Shown here piece by piece: positions 52,501 to 64,000 of a stretch of 64,000 nt of DNA. Both the position numbers and the translations under genes were made by a program. The stretch is from Hydrurus foetidus (lineage: Eukaryota), in the NCBI GenBank assembly GCA_900617105.1, contig UYFQ01000315.1:1-64000 (forward strand), given 5' to 3'. Within the stretch, counting starts at the first letter, position 1, and every line of letters starts with the position of its first letter. The notes under the pieces are model-generated. The model was not told where the DNA came from, made no database searches, and saw only the letters and a program-made list of their open reading frames with translations.

Positions 52501-54671
52501 CCCCCCTCTACAATCACTCCTTCCCTTTTCTCCCCTCTCTCTCACCTGAGTGTTTGACCGCCAGTCCTACACCCACTAGAGTGTTAGCATCTGCCCTGGC
52601 CCGGCTTAGATACACCCCTCCTATGAGCGACAATAGAGCACCTCCCAGAGGAGATTCTGCGGGGAGAAAAAGATCGGTAGGTAGAGATAGAGTTAGAAAT
52701 TGATAAGATTGTGAAAGATAAAAAATGGAGTTGGTAACAAGATAGAAGTATGATCGAGATTGTGATCGCAGAAAGAGAGAGGTGGAGAGAGAAAATGAGA
52801 TTGGGAGATAGAAATAGGAGTAGTGTGGATTGGGAGATAAGCGTGGAGATAAGGAGAGGGAGGAAGATTCAAATTATGTGAAGGAGAGATAAGTTGTCAA
52901 AATGAGATAAAATCTTCACGTCTTTCCGCTCAAGATAAGAATCGCATAAAATGCATTGTCGCGCTTTCGAATAGGAAGCACAAATAATGATAATTCTATC
53001 CCCCTACTAGTATACCGCATTCCCGTATAATCTTACCGGACAATTCCTTAGTTTCCGCTACGATTCTTTCTGTGAAAGACACTTTGTCTGTTGGAGTATA
53101 ACTGGACAGCTTGGTGACAAGTGTAACGGCAAGCAGTACCTCCCTTTTTCTGATTGACATGAAGTGTTAAATAAATGGAAATAGTTTGTTAAGACATTGT
53201 GTCTATGGTAATGAATTTGTCTGATATTTTTGTATACTAATTTTTGGAAGACATTGATTGGAGGAAGAGAAAAAGGGAGTAGAAGAGGGATTAGAGATAA
53301 AAGATGCTGCGATACTAGTATATATATATGGTGCTTGCAGGAATTATTGTTAGATGGTGCTACGTTCGGATTGTGAGACTCCCCAGTTGTTAATGTGTTT
53401 GACACCACTGCACTTCGATGTCACGGCTTTAAACCGTTTTAATTATTTTTATTTCTACCTTTGTTTGAATGCTGAGAAGTCGGAACTCGCATTCTCGTCT
53501 GGCTCGATCATACCCTGATGTTGAGAAAGAAAAGGGAGAAGAGGGAGGGAGGGGGGAAGGAGGAAGGGAGAAGCAGATAATGGATTTCAATCAGTAAAGT
53601 GATACATCACTACAAACGAAATCTCATCAAATCGTTTCCAATGAAGTACTGTGTTACATCACATAACTTCAAATCAAATGCGATTAATTGAGATCGCATC
53701 AAAATGGATGAAATAAAATAAGTTACCTTGACGGTAGTTGCGCTTTGTAATTCTCCTATAATGGATTCGAATAGTTCCGAACCAAATAACATCGCGTAGA
53801 TGGCCCCTGCAAGGCAAGATGAAGTTATTGCAAAAGTTGAAGTTGGTGAAAGAGAGTTAAAAAAGAGAAAATGAGAGAGACCAGACAGAACATGATATCG
53901 TGCAAGTCAGTTATATACACCACACCGCACCGCACCACACCACACCACACAGCATAACTTCAAATAAACTCTCTACCTGCATCCATTTTAGGTGCTGCAT
54001 CCACGGCGTCTTGGCCCCTTGAGTCGTACGCGTCCCTAAGCTTGGGATCGGATAGCACTTGATACGCCTCGCCAATGCGCTGTGAAGTTATGGGAAAAAG
54101 GAGAGAGGGAGAGAGGGAGAAAGGTAGGGAGAGGGAGAGGGGAGAGGGAGGGAGGGAGGGAGGAGGGAGGGAGGAGGGGGAAGGATAATGGAGGAAGGGG
54201 AAAGGGAGTGATGGTGGAGAGAAGGTGAAAATGAGAAAGAGAGGGAATGAAGACGAGGAAAGGAGGAAAAAAAAGAGCAGCTAGACGAGGATTTTCGGAG
54301 TACAATAGAAGGAGATAGAGTTAAAGTGTCAGGAATGAACAGGCTAAATTCAGTGCGATGGAAAGAATATTCCGTGAATCTAATCTCACCTGGAAGTTTG
54401 CATGAGCTTTCGGATCGTTAGGCTTTCTGTCAGGATGGTTTTTACGCGCCTGCAAGTAGTAGCCCTTCTTGATCTCGGCTGTGACGGAGAGTATGCATCG
54501 TTATTAGTGGGTAGTGGATTATAGGGCGTGTGGGGCACATGTATTAGTGCCGATTAGTTGAGATGGTAGGAGAAAAGGAGAGGAAAGGAGATGCAGAACT
54601 GGGGGAGATGAGGGAAGAAAGATCGAAGGAAGGAAAGAAGGAAAGAAAGAAAGAAAGAAAGAAAGAAAGAA

Positions 54672-54715
<44 letters not shown>

Positions 54716-57456
54716 ATAGAATGGTGACAAGCTGACCTTGTGAAGCTTCTGGCTCAACGCCTAGTGCGTCGTATAGTACTCTCTCTCTGACTTCCTTCCT
54801 CTTGACTGTGAGGCGTGAAAAAAGAGAGGATAAGGAAAAAGAAGATAAGGAAAAGGACGATATGGGAAGGGAGAGAAGAGAGGGGAGAGCGATGGAGGGA
54901 CAGGGAGTAGACATGGTATGGCCACAGAATGTGGAAGAATAATTGAGAAGGCGATAACGCAAATCAGTAAATTGCTGTTGTTGTCGATAATGAAAAATAC
55001 GAACAAAATCGAACGCACTTAAAACGAAGTAAGAATGAGGGAAGGGATCTACTGTATAAAACATGAAAAAATCGCATAGTAAATAAAAAATCTAGGACAT
55101 CATAAATCATAACTTACTTGGCGACGCGATACATTCATTACTAGTGCTCAGAACCCTTGCAATACTTTTCTTGCTCTTCAGCTGGGAGGTGAAATCTGCG
55201 TCAGTCATGCTTAACGTCTTGGCCGCATCTGCCGTAAGATCGTAGTAGGCGAACTCTTCGAGATCAACATCCCAGTCCTGGCCTGATAGAGGGAAGGGTG
55301 ATGGGGTAATGGGAGGATGGGGGTAAGAGGGAGGAGAGGGGAAGGGGAAGAAGAGGGGGGGAGAGGAGAGGGGAAGGAAGGGGGAAGAGGGGGAAGGATA
55401 GGGGAGTAATGGGGGGACAGAGGACGTAGAGGGGGGGATATATGAGGGTGGGATAGAGAGAGGAAGGGATAAGATGGGGAAGGAACATAAAGAGTGGTGG
55501 ATTTATTGGGTAGTGGTAAGGGATGAGTAGATTAGTGCAGGTGAGTCACAGATAAGACATCATGTATACTGCACGATTTCATTGACTTCCGCTCTCATAG
55601 ACACGCCTGTACAATCGACCCCTACAAACATAATGCACACAGACACACATGCAGTCTACAACGCACTATTCTAAGCTGGGCCCATAAAGGCAGAGTCAAA
55701 TACACATACTAGATGCTTTGCTTTATCTGATACTGGACTTCAGTAATGAGAGATAATGCAATACAGCTCTTCAGCAGTGAGTGATGTTTTTTCTCTCTCT
55801 TCTTCTCGTCTCCTCTCTCCTCTCTAACTAATTAGGCATTCTAATAATTGCACCTCACAACTAATCAATTATGAATATATTGAGAAAAAGAAACTGAATG
55901 CAGGGAATGCCCTACTAAATAAATATTTCACAGGAAGAACTTAACAGACAAAATGTGCTGTCACACGCATACGCCACTACACTCCCTCCTTATCATGTAC
56001 TCAATGATTAAATAGCAGAAATGATGCAAGACAAGACAGCAGAAGACAACACAAGACTAGGCAAGAGAACGCAACACAAGACAGGACAAGATAGGACAGG
56101 ACAGGACAAGACAAGACAGCACAACACAAGACGAGCAGTAGAATATTTCCAGTTACGAAGTGGCATATCAAAGACTGGCCTTCACAACGATAATGCACTC
56201 TCCGATTAAACACAATAAAAGTGTTCCACGTATAATCGACATAAAACACAAAACATACGCTGTCGGTAATATTTTGATTCATTTCAGGTAAGATATTATT
56301 AACAACCTTATCCCCTCACACAAATTAATTTCAATGACGCGATCTTCACACACAGAGCATTTTCAACAAGCAGGAATACGGCAATATCTTACCGGTGGTG
56401 GCGGCTATCACGGCTTGAGGAGTTCTGATCAAACCGAGAGTGACCTGGGATTGAGAGTAGGAGAAGAGAGTGGACATCAATAGATCCGTGTTATTGACAT
56501 TATAATAATCATGAATGATAATAACGAAAGAACTAGAGAAGTTGTTCATTTACCAATATATGATGCTGCTATCAATATGATGGTACGGAGTCGCACTAAT
56601 TGACATATTTCTGTTACGAGTGGTAATTATCGATACAGCAAATAATAGTATAATATCTCTCAAAATTGTATGATATTGGTTCAGAATCCTGACCCCACCC
56701 TCCCTACCTCACACTCGCACAATTTGTTCTATTTCAATCATACTTATCAGCTTACACCCAATAAGCTCTGCCATTAAGAGTATTTCATTCTGTTACCTGC
56801 CATAGGCATGCCAGTGCTCCGTACACTGCGACACTCGCTCCGACAGCAACACCCATCAAAACTCCTCCTAAAATGCCACCTGTCAGAAATGCAGAGGAGC
56901 AGATTGTAAGATTATTTATTATAGTAGGCAATCTCATACTTGAAAAGTTGGATGGATTCAGTAGACAGACGGAGGTGGCTGGTAGAATAAAGAAACTCAA
57001 GAAAATTAGAAATAGATATCAAGGTCTCTGATGGCACTTCAAACTTCAAACAACTAACGCAGGAATACTTATCTTCACTTATTCTGTTTCACACACAGCC
57101 AAGAAAAATTACCTGCACATCCTAGAATACCATGACTGTTGTACCCATCTATGCCGCATTTGATAGGAGCCGCAATAATAATAACTGTCGAAAAGAAAGC
57201 AGCGATGTAATCTTCAGGAATAAAATACGACCCTTCCTGACAACTTAACATGATTTGAAAGTGCTTCATCGTCATCAGTTGATTTTCCATTACCGAGACC
57301 AGTAAGCGCTCCGCCAATCGTGTTTCCAATTCCAGCTACAGTTCCGCTCACGATGTTATTAGGTCTTGAGCACATCAGAACAGATAAGTTCGGTGGCTTA
57401 ATCTTGTCCATCACCTCAGGCTTTTTTTCCCCTTTGTCAGAATCTGACGACGACAT
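49578..57456 (-). CDS. DnaJ protein with internal J-domain and probable DnaJ-X domain (about 16 exons)
   Basis: Spliced exons give LYDALGVEPEASQ|AEIKKGYYLQARKNHPDRKPNDPKAHANFQ|RIGEAYQVLSDPSLRDAYD (HPD motif), then MLFGSELFESIIGEL. Gly-rich hydrophobic N-terminus. Confidence 0.85.
52007..52092. repeat. 26-bp intronic minisatellite, about 3 copies
   Basis: AAGGATGTGA(A/G)GGGGGAGAGGGAGAG in tandem. Confidence 0.85.
54626..54716. repeat. (GAAA)n tetranucleotide microsatellite
   Basis: Tandem GAAA in a DnaJ intron. Confidence 0.95.
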
Positions 57457-58946
57457 TCTCAGGGACCTTCTAGAGACTTCTAAGTGTTGTAGAGTATAGA
57501 GGTAGGTAACGCTTCCTGGTAGCAGCAGCTGTAAACTTGTCCGTTTCTCACGCAAATTAAGAAACGATCTCTGAAACAAGAATCTCGACGAACACTGCTA
57601 GCCAAGAGCTCGTAGAGATTGATACTGAAAGTGACTGCTGGAGTGACGTACTGTTCAAATGGTCAGAGTTACGATCACAGAGAGTGCTGCAATTCATTCG
57701 ATTCGGGAGAGAAAAGCGGAGAGGGGAACATATTTTGGAACAAAATCGAAAAAAGATCGTACATTTCGTTGGTGGATCTTGGACTATTTTTAGGAATTTT
57801 CTTTTCCGGTACGGAATATTTCAGGAAAAACGGAAAAACAGAATTATTCCCGAATACCGACGTGCGTTGTTTTTTAGTTTTTAGAGGAGAGTTGAGAATT
57901 ATGCGCTCTGACAGACTTGACTGAACAATCACATGACGTTCCAACATTCTCTTAATCACCGTGCTTCATTGGGATGGCTCAACAGATATCAAACAATATT
58001 TGCAGTTTTGGGATTATGAATATTTCATTCCAAGTCGTAGAGTGTCTCCTTAAAAAATTCCTTGGAATGCTCGATATTGAGATTTTCAGTGAAAAGTCGC
58101 ATTCCTCTTTTATCTTTTATACCTTAGATTAATTTTGCACTTTATGAAGTGTAGTATAGAAAAGGTTGTAAAAACCGTTTCTAATTCTTTTTTCCCGTAA
58201 TTGATCTCACATGCAGAAATTGGCGAAGAGGAATCTCACTTCACTTCCACCTTATATGTGAAATGGCAATACGCAATACGTACAGTTAATCGCTGAAGAT
58301 GAGTTTTGATATTAAGGTTGATTCCTTGTTTTCAAAAGAAAAATGAAATGCATGTAAGAGTTGTGATGGAAAAGACAGGTCGGAACTGGACAAATATCTT
58401 CTAAAATGCTCATAGAAAGACGCCCATCAGGAAAATCGAATGGAATCATATAAATTTGAAATTTTGACCAATTATTCAGATCGCTTGTTAAAATTGTAAA
58501 ATAGATGCTGAATGATAAATTATAAAAATCAAACGTCCACAGATTAGACAGGAAGAAAGTGAAGTAAGTACAAGTTACGTACAGAAAATATACGATATAA
58601 AACGATTCCAGTATCGCATATATGAGTAGATAAAAAAGATTAAAGTCGGCAATTCACGATATCCCTCGAGGGAAAATAATTTGATGTGATCTGGTGTAGA
58701 TGACAGAACGTACGGAAATGCGCACATACACAACAATTCACATAGAGACAGAAAGATAGACACACTGGGAAGATACGCATGTAGATAGTGGGATGTAATA
58801 TCAAAATGTACTGTAGTGTATGTATTGAGAATAATTGCAGCATAAAGAATATCCGTACTATGTATTCTGTACTCCTCATCATACGAAATAAATTTATCAT
58901 GAGTCTACAACAAGACTAATGCGCTGCTTAAAATCTAATTGTCTAT

Positions 58947-61900
58947 TTATTTTGTCGGTGAAATATCTTGAAGAGACAGTACGCCCCTGCCTCCGGCTAA
59001 AGAAAATCCATTTTCGTCAACTAACGAATTTACGCGGAATACAAATAAAAATTCTTCTTTTTTTTCAGCTGATAATAATAGAGACTTTATTATTCTAAAT
59101 ACTGCATTTGAATAATCATAAGTTGGGAGTGTACGAAATAACCTATCATTTTCTGTATTTTCCTTGGAATATTCTGTATTTTCATTGGCATTTTTTTCAC
59201 TACCTCTAATAACATCGCCCCGATTTCTTCTCCGATCATTTAAGTGATTGTTTTTATCTTGAAATTTTACCCCATTAATTCCTTTTAAGAATTCTTCTCT
59301 ACTTTCCACTGAACATTTTTGATTACTCTTATTTTCAGCATCATTTATCCTTTTTTTCACCTTTTCTAATTCCCTTTTTCTCGTTTGACTAATACAAACT
59401 TCAAGTGCACTTATATGTCCAAATATTTTTCCTAACGATTCGTCATAAGCAGTAGCAACAAGAAAATCCGTTTCTACGGATTCTTCGAATACGGATTCTT
59501 CAAATACGGATTCTATGTGACAGTTATCGGTGTTAACAGAATGAACGTGGAGAGGCGCATTGGAGGTTTCATGAATGTCGGTAGTGCTGCTTTTTGTGCC
59601 AGTAATATCATGAGCATTATTGCAATCATAGTCAGCAGCTTTTTTATAAGAATTACTGTTATTATTATCATGAGCGTTTATTTCTTTGATACCATTATTA
59701 GTATTTCTTGTAGCAGAAGTAGTCGCAGTATTTGTTGTGAGGATATTGGTACCAGCAGCACTGTGAGGCACGCCATCAAAGACAGACTTATCAACACCAT
59801 AAATATTACCAACATCAAAATTAACATCATCAAAATTGCTAACAGCACCAGTAAAGGTGACTGAGTCTGTGAGGACAGTAGTGACTGGTAGAGAATAGGA
59901 GGGATAAGAATAGAATGACGGACACGAATACATAAACCTATTCGCTTTACTCGACAATTGGCTTAATCGCTGAGATTGACTTCTGGGATTAACGTCCATA
60001 TTTTGGTATTTTGGGGAGTATTTCATGGCTTTTTCTTGATACCTTTTATCGTGCGGTGTGTTGGGAGAGAAGGAACGAGTGAAAGGATGAGGATCAGGAT
60101 GAGAGTGAGGGGAAGAGGCAGGGTTGTTGTTGTTGTTGTTGTGTACAGCGGTATCGTTGCATTTCACGTCTGACAATATGACGTCACTCTCGTCTAATCT
60201 ATTCCCATCTCTCATACGACTACTGATAACAACTAGATTCTCGTCATCAAAGTTATTTTCATCGCCATTATCAAAGTTTTTATCAGAATCACCAACTTTA
60301 CTATCAGTTTTATCAGTCCTATGAATAGAAGAGTCGCTGCTCTCTACATTGCGTCCACCTGTTTTCTTTCCATTCCATACATAATGTATTTTATCTTTCG
60401 AGTCGCTTCTTACTACATTTGATTCGCCATCCCAATATATTGATTTTCTTTTATTGATGTCAATGTTAATATCTGTATTACCATCTAATTTACTACTTCC
60501 CTCTTTGTCCGCGCGATCATTCTTGAAATCTTCCCTTCTATTGTCTTCAATCGTACGTGCTTTAGCTGGTCCTCCTATCTCTTCCTTATCCTCTCCTTTC
60601 CGGATCTTCCTGACTTTCACTCTTCACAGCGTTCCTCCTCGTGACATCTTCAAACACCTTCAGCTTACTGCCTTTTACTATGCTCCTATCCCCACCGGAA
60701 TCCCTCTTATCTACTTTGTCGGGGTTTTTAGTACCCCTATTGTGATGTGTTTCCATGTTTTCAATGGTACTGGGTGATCTTTTTACAGACATCAGATTTC
60801 GCATTATTTTATCACGTTTCTTGCCCTTTAATTCGTATTCAACATTCTTGTCACTAGAGTTGTGATTATTAGTATTGCGTTCTGTGAATCTCTCCAATCC
60901 ATTTCCCTCTCCCTCCACCTCCCCCTCCCGTTCTTTTTTTTCTGCAATACGTGCATCTGTTGTCTCATGGTCGATTTCATCATCATCATCATACATTACC
61001 GTTTCGAAATTTTCTTCATTAGCGAAGGCAATGTGTAGCAGTGACCCTCGTACTTTAAATAGCTGACCTATGGGGAGTGAAATTGGGAGAATAAAATAAG
61101 TCGTAATAGTATCGTGGAAATGAATGTCAGAAGAGGAAATAGAGGGAGGAGTAGAGGGAAGAGAAGAGTATGAAAGCAGGAAAAGGAAAGGAAAAGGAGG
61201 AGGGAAGAGAGAAGAGAAAGGAGAAAGAGTGCTGAAGTGAATGTGTTACTGTTAGTATGCAACTATAAATTTCCAACAAAATCTAGTGTATAACAACAGC
61301 AGAATAGATTGGCACCTTTTTCCGGACTTAAATCTCAGATGGAGCGATGATAATCAGACCCCACACCATACTAAAAAATGAAAAAGGGAACGTTCCCCGA
61401 ATTTTTTCCGTTTTTTAGTATGGTGTGGGGTGATCGATTTATCATCAGTCCATCTGAGATTCACACGAAAATGATGCCACTCTATTCTGCTGTTGTAATA
61501 GTCTAGTGTAGTCTAGTGTAGTGTAGTGCAGTGTAGTGTAGTGTATAGTAGTGCAGTGTAGTGTAGTCTAGTGTAGTCTAGCGCAGTGTAGTGTAGTGTA
61601 GTGTAGTGTAGTGTAGTGTAGTGTAATATAATGTAGTATAGTCTGGTCTGGTCTGGTCTGGTCTGGTCTGGTCTGGTCTAGTCTAGTGTAGTGTAGTCTA
61701 GTCTAGTGTAGTGTAGTGTAGTGTAGTGTAGTGTAGTGTAGTGTAGTGCAGTCTCGTCTGGTCTATTCTATTCTAGTCTAGTCTAGTCTACTAAAATCTA
61801 GATATAGATAAAGGGCAGAAAAGCAGTCGTGCAAGTACCTCACTAAAGTGAAGTGACCTACCTGTATGGGCTACTACAGAATCTTGGGCACTGCAAATGT

Positions 61901-63898
61901 GGCGCAACTCATTCCAAGAAATCCCTTTGGGGAGGATTTCCTCGACAGTAGACTGATGTCATAGCAGAGAAAATAGGAAGAATTAGATGCAGAAAAGTAT
62001 CATCTTATGTGATCTTATTAGTGTTCTTAAGGATTGACGAGTACTGATGATTTGTATTAAGTGTGTGGGAAGAAGAAAAAAGAAGTACGTCAATCAGTAA
62101 TGTGGCATGGGATATGCTGATAGACGGTTGAAGTGTAATAAATAACATAGACTTGTCACATGTACAGCAAAAGAGGTAGTGAGATGTACGTTGAGGTAAG
62201 AAGATTAGAAAAGCGTACGTACTGTACAGTTTATCTAACTAGCTATTTACCTACAGAACAAATTATAATGCAGTCAGACATGTTATAAAAATATCTCATT
62301 TACTATGACAACAGCAGAGTACTGCAAAACATAAAAGACAGCGTTATTTGACTTTGAAAAAATTAAAATGGAAATCGTTCGGCAAATATGGGTGATGCGA
62401 GCTATTTCTACACACTGACGCAGTGACTGCAATTAAATTTCCGGTGAAATTAATTTCAGAATCCAATAATTGGAGATAAATATCGTACCTGACTGAAATT
62501 GTGATTCTGATTTTTCAAAACCGTAAATTCAGATAATTCCGTTGCTTTCAAACACGTAACAAGATTACCGAAAGTGGATTTTACCATTACATTTTTGACG
62601 GATATTTGCACGGCATTTACATTTTGTTTTTCTCTTGCGCTATTAAGAATATTTAAGATAGTTTTGTATTGTATCTTATTTTGAAATTCCATTTTCACAG
62701 CGACACCAGCGCTGTCTGACATGGTTAGAAAAGGTGTCAACGAAATGTTATCATTGAAAATGATGGAAGTGATTTTATCATTATCCTCACATCTCCTACC
62801 ATCAACAGAGACATCGCTCTCATTTTCTTTGGTTTCGATTCTGATTTTTTTCTTCGCATTTTCAGAACAATTTTCTTCTTGTTCGCAGAAATCTCTGACG
62901 TCACTATTTCTATTTCCATTTCCGTCACTATTTTCATTTTTATTATCTCCTGTGTGTTGTACGTTATAATCTATCCGGTCCCCACGCACACGCACACACA
63001 CGTGTTCCAGTACAATGTCTATCTGTCCGTACCCCAGGGCTTCTCTCAGTCGGGGTACGTACACAGGATGGGATGGTACCATTCTGCACAATACGAGTAC
63101 GACGTATATGTAAAGAGTTCACATTTACTTTCATCACGTCGTGAGATCGGTTTTAATCGAACATTGAGATTAATTCAAATCATTTCTGTCGACAAAATAC
63201 AGTACAATACAAAACAGCACAACATAATACATTACAGCAAAGTGAAATACGATACACTACACTACACTACACTACACTACACTACACTACACTACACTAC
63301 ACTACACTACACTACAATACAGAATAATACAATACAATACAGAATAAAACAGGGCAGAACAGAACAGAGCAGTGTAGTGCAGAGCAGTGAAAAACAATCC
63401 CATACATGTCCACTGTACCAATGACAAATCATCACATGAGGAAGATACTGTATTCAGTGTTGCCAAACGAATGTGGAGCAGAAAAGCAGAAATACAGAAG
63501 AGCAGAGAAAGAATTTTTTGAATCACCTGGATAGAAATATGTGTGTGTGTTCCTTACACCACTTGCACAGTGCGTCAGCAAGGCTATACAGTCTCGGATA
63601 CATTCCCCTACACATTCCTTGACCAATGCAGTCAGTGTCGTCCACTATCAGTCTACAGAAAGATCCAGATATCGGATGTAATTTCAAGCATATGGAAGAT
63701 CCTAAGAACTTTCCGTTGAGTTTTCCCATTTCATTTTCTGTGCTTTTTCGTATTGGCTTTGAGAAGCATTGATTCAGAAATATGATGGAGCCTCGAGTAA
63801 TTCTCGTCAAGCCAGTGTATGCTACCAACGCTGCTGAGCCATATAGGCGCAAGACAAAAACTGCCGCGTTATCAGACTCTACAATCAGAACTTTCCCT
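58947..63898 (-). CDS. Multi-exon OB-fold protein, putative SHLD2/FAM35A-like; 5' end off window, with an internal frame discontinuity
   Basis: Beta-rich exons (about 63898-63527 and 63100-62490) and a long last exon whose end (LVATAYDESLGKIFGHISA...KSLLLSAE...NSLVDENGF) recalls the SHLD2 C-terminal OB fold. The family assignment is tentative. Confidence 0.5.
61294..61495. mobile_element. Intronic foldback MITE-like element
   Basis: Arms CAACAGCAGAATAGA...AATCTCAGATGGA...ACCCCACACCATACTAAAAAA and their inverse. TAA flanks both sides (61291-61293, 61496-61498). Confidence 0.78.
61499..61790. repeat. Mosaic pentanucleotide microsatellite (GTGTA/GTCTA/GTCTG)
   Basis: Period-5 array with switching units. 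Confidence 0.95.
63195..63385. repeat. Mosaic pentanucleotide microsatellite ((ACTAC)n core)
   Basis: Perfect ACTAC run flanked by AATAC/AGAAC 5-mers. Confidence 0.93.
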
Positions 63899-64000
63899 GG
63901 TTAGTGTAATATAGTTGAAGCTCATCGAATCGAATCATTCACATCGACATCGTAGTCGTTACTTATCAACGTAACTTCATATTTGCGGATACAATCACGC

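Noticed and set aside
54519..55488. Leu/Phe/Ser/Pro-rich ORFs in the track, and similar ones at 12663-12970, 50400-50924, 52296-52703 and 62879-63424
   Set aside because: They are translations of intronic microsatellites or pyrimidine tracts, or antisense shadows of real exons.
57670..58560. AT-rich spacer with transposon-like texture
   Set aside because: I could not define terminal repeats, a TSD or coding remnants.
1..64000. Alternative genetic code or non-canonical introns
   Set aside because: The genes I assembled splice with GT-AG and read with the standard code. The only exception is the unresolved discontinuity near 60620.

Overview
This is eukaryotic nuclear DNA with GT-AG spliceosomal introns; I saw no operons, rRNA, tRNA or CRISPR arrays. 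The organism is inferred to be a flagellated, plastid-bearing stramenopile (ochrophyte). The support is axonemal genes (DRC7, RSP3, an androglobin-like gene) together with proteins carrying bipartite signal plus transit presequences. About 21 protein-coding genes can be assembled by eye, many in head-to-head pairs. They are: androglobin-like, RRM/zinc-knuckle, mitochondrial uL13, Aurora kinase, AP endonuclease, DRC7, thioredoxin, a coiled-coil protein, a Cys-rich membrane protein, SnoaL-like, a small hypothetical protein, flavodoxin-like, a plastid-targeted protein, KMO-like monooxygenase, SGNH hydrolase, RSP3, METTL21-like, Borealin-like, FKBP-domain, DnaJ/DnaJ-X and a putative SHLD2-like OB-fold gene. 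The most striking non-coding structure is a four-layer nest of non-autonomous DNA transposons at about 24165-25478, in which two layers sit inside the terminal inverted repeat of their host. Other points of interest are a hAT-like MITE, two long intronic foldbacks, mosaic 5-bp microsatellites, a duplicated 8-Cys module and an androglobin that appears to lack its globin domain. All exon structures and family assignments are by eye and from memory of the families, not from database searches.
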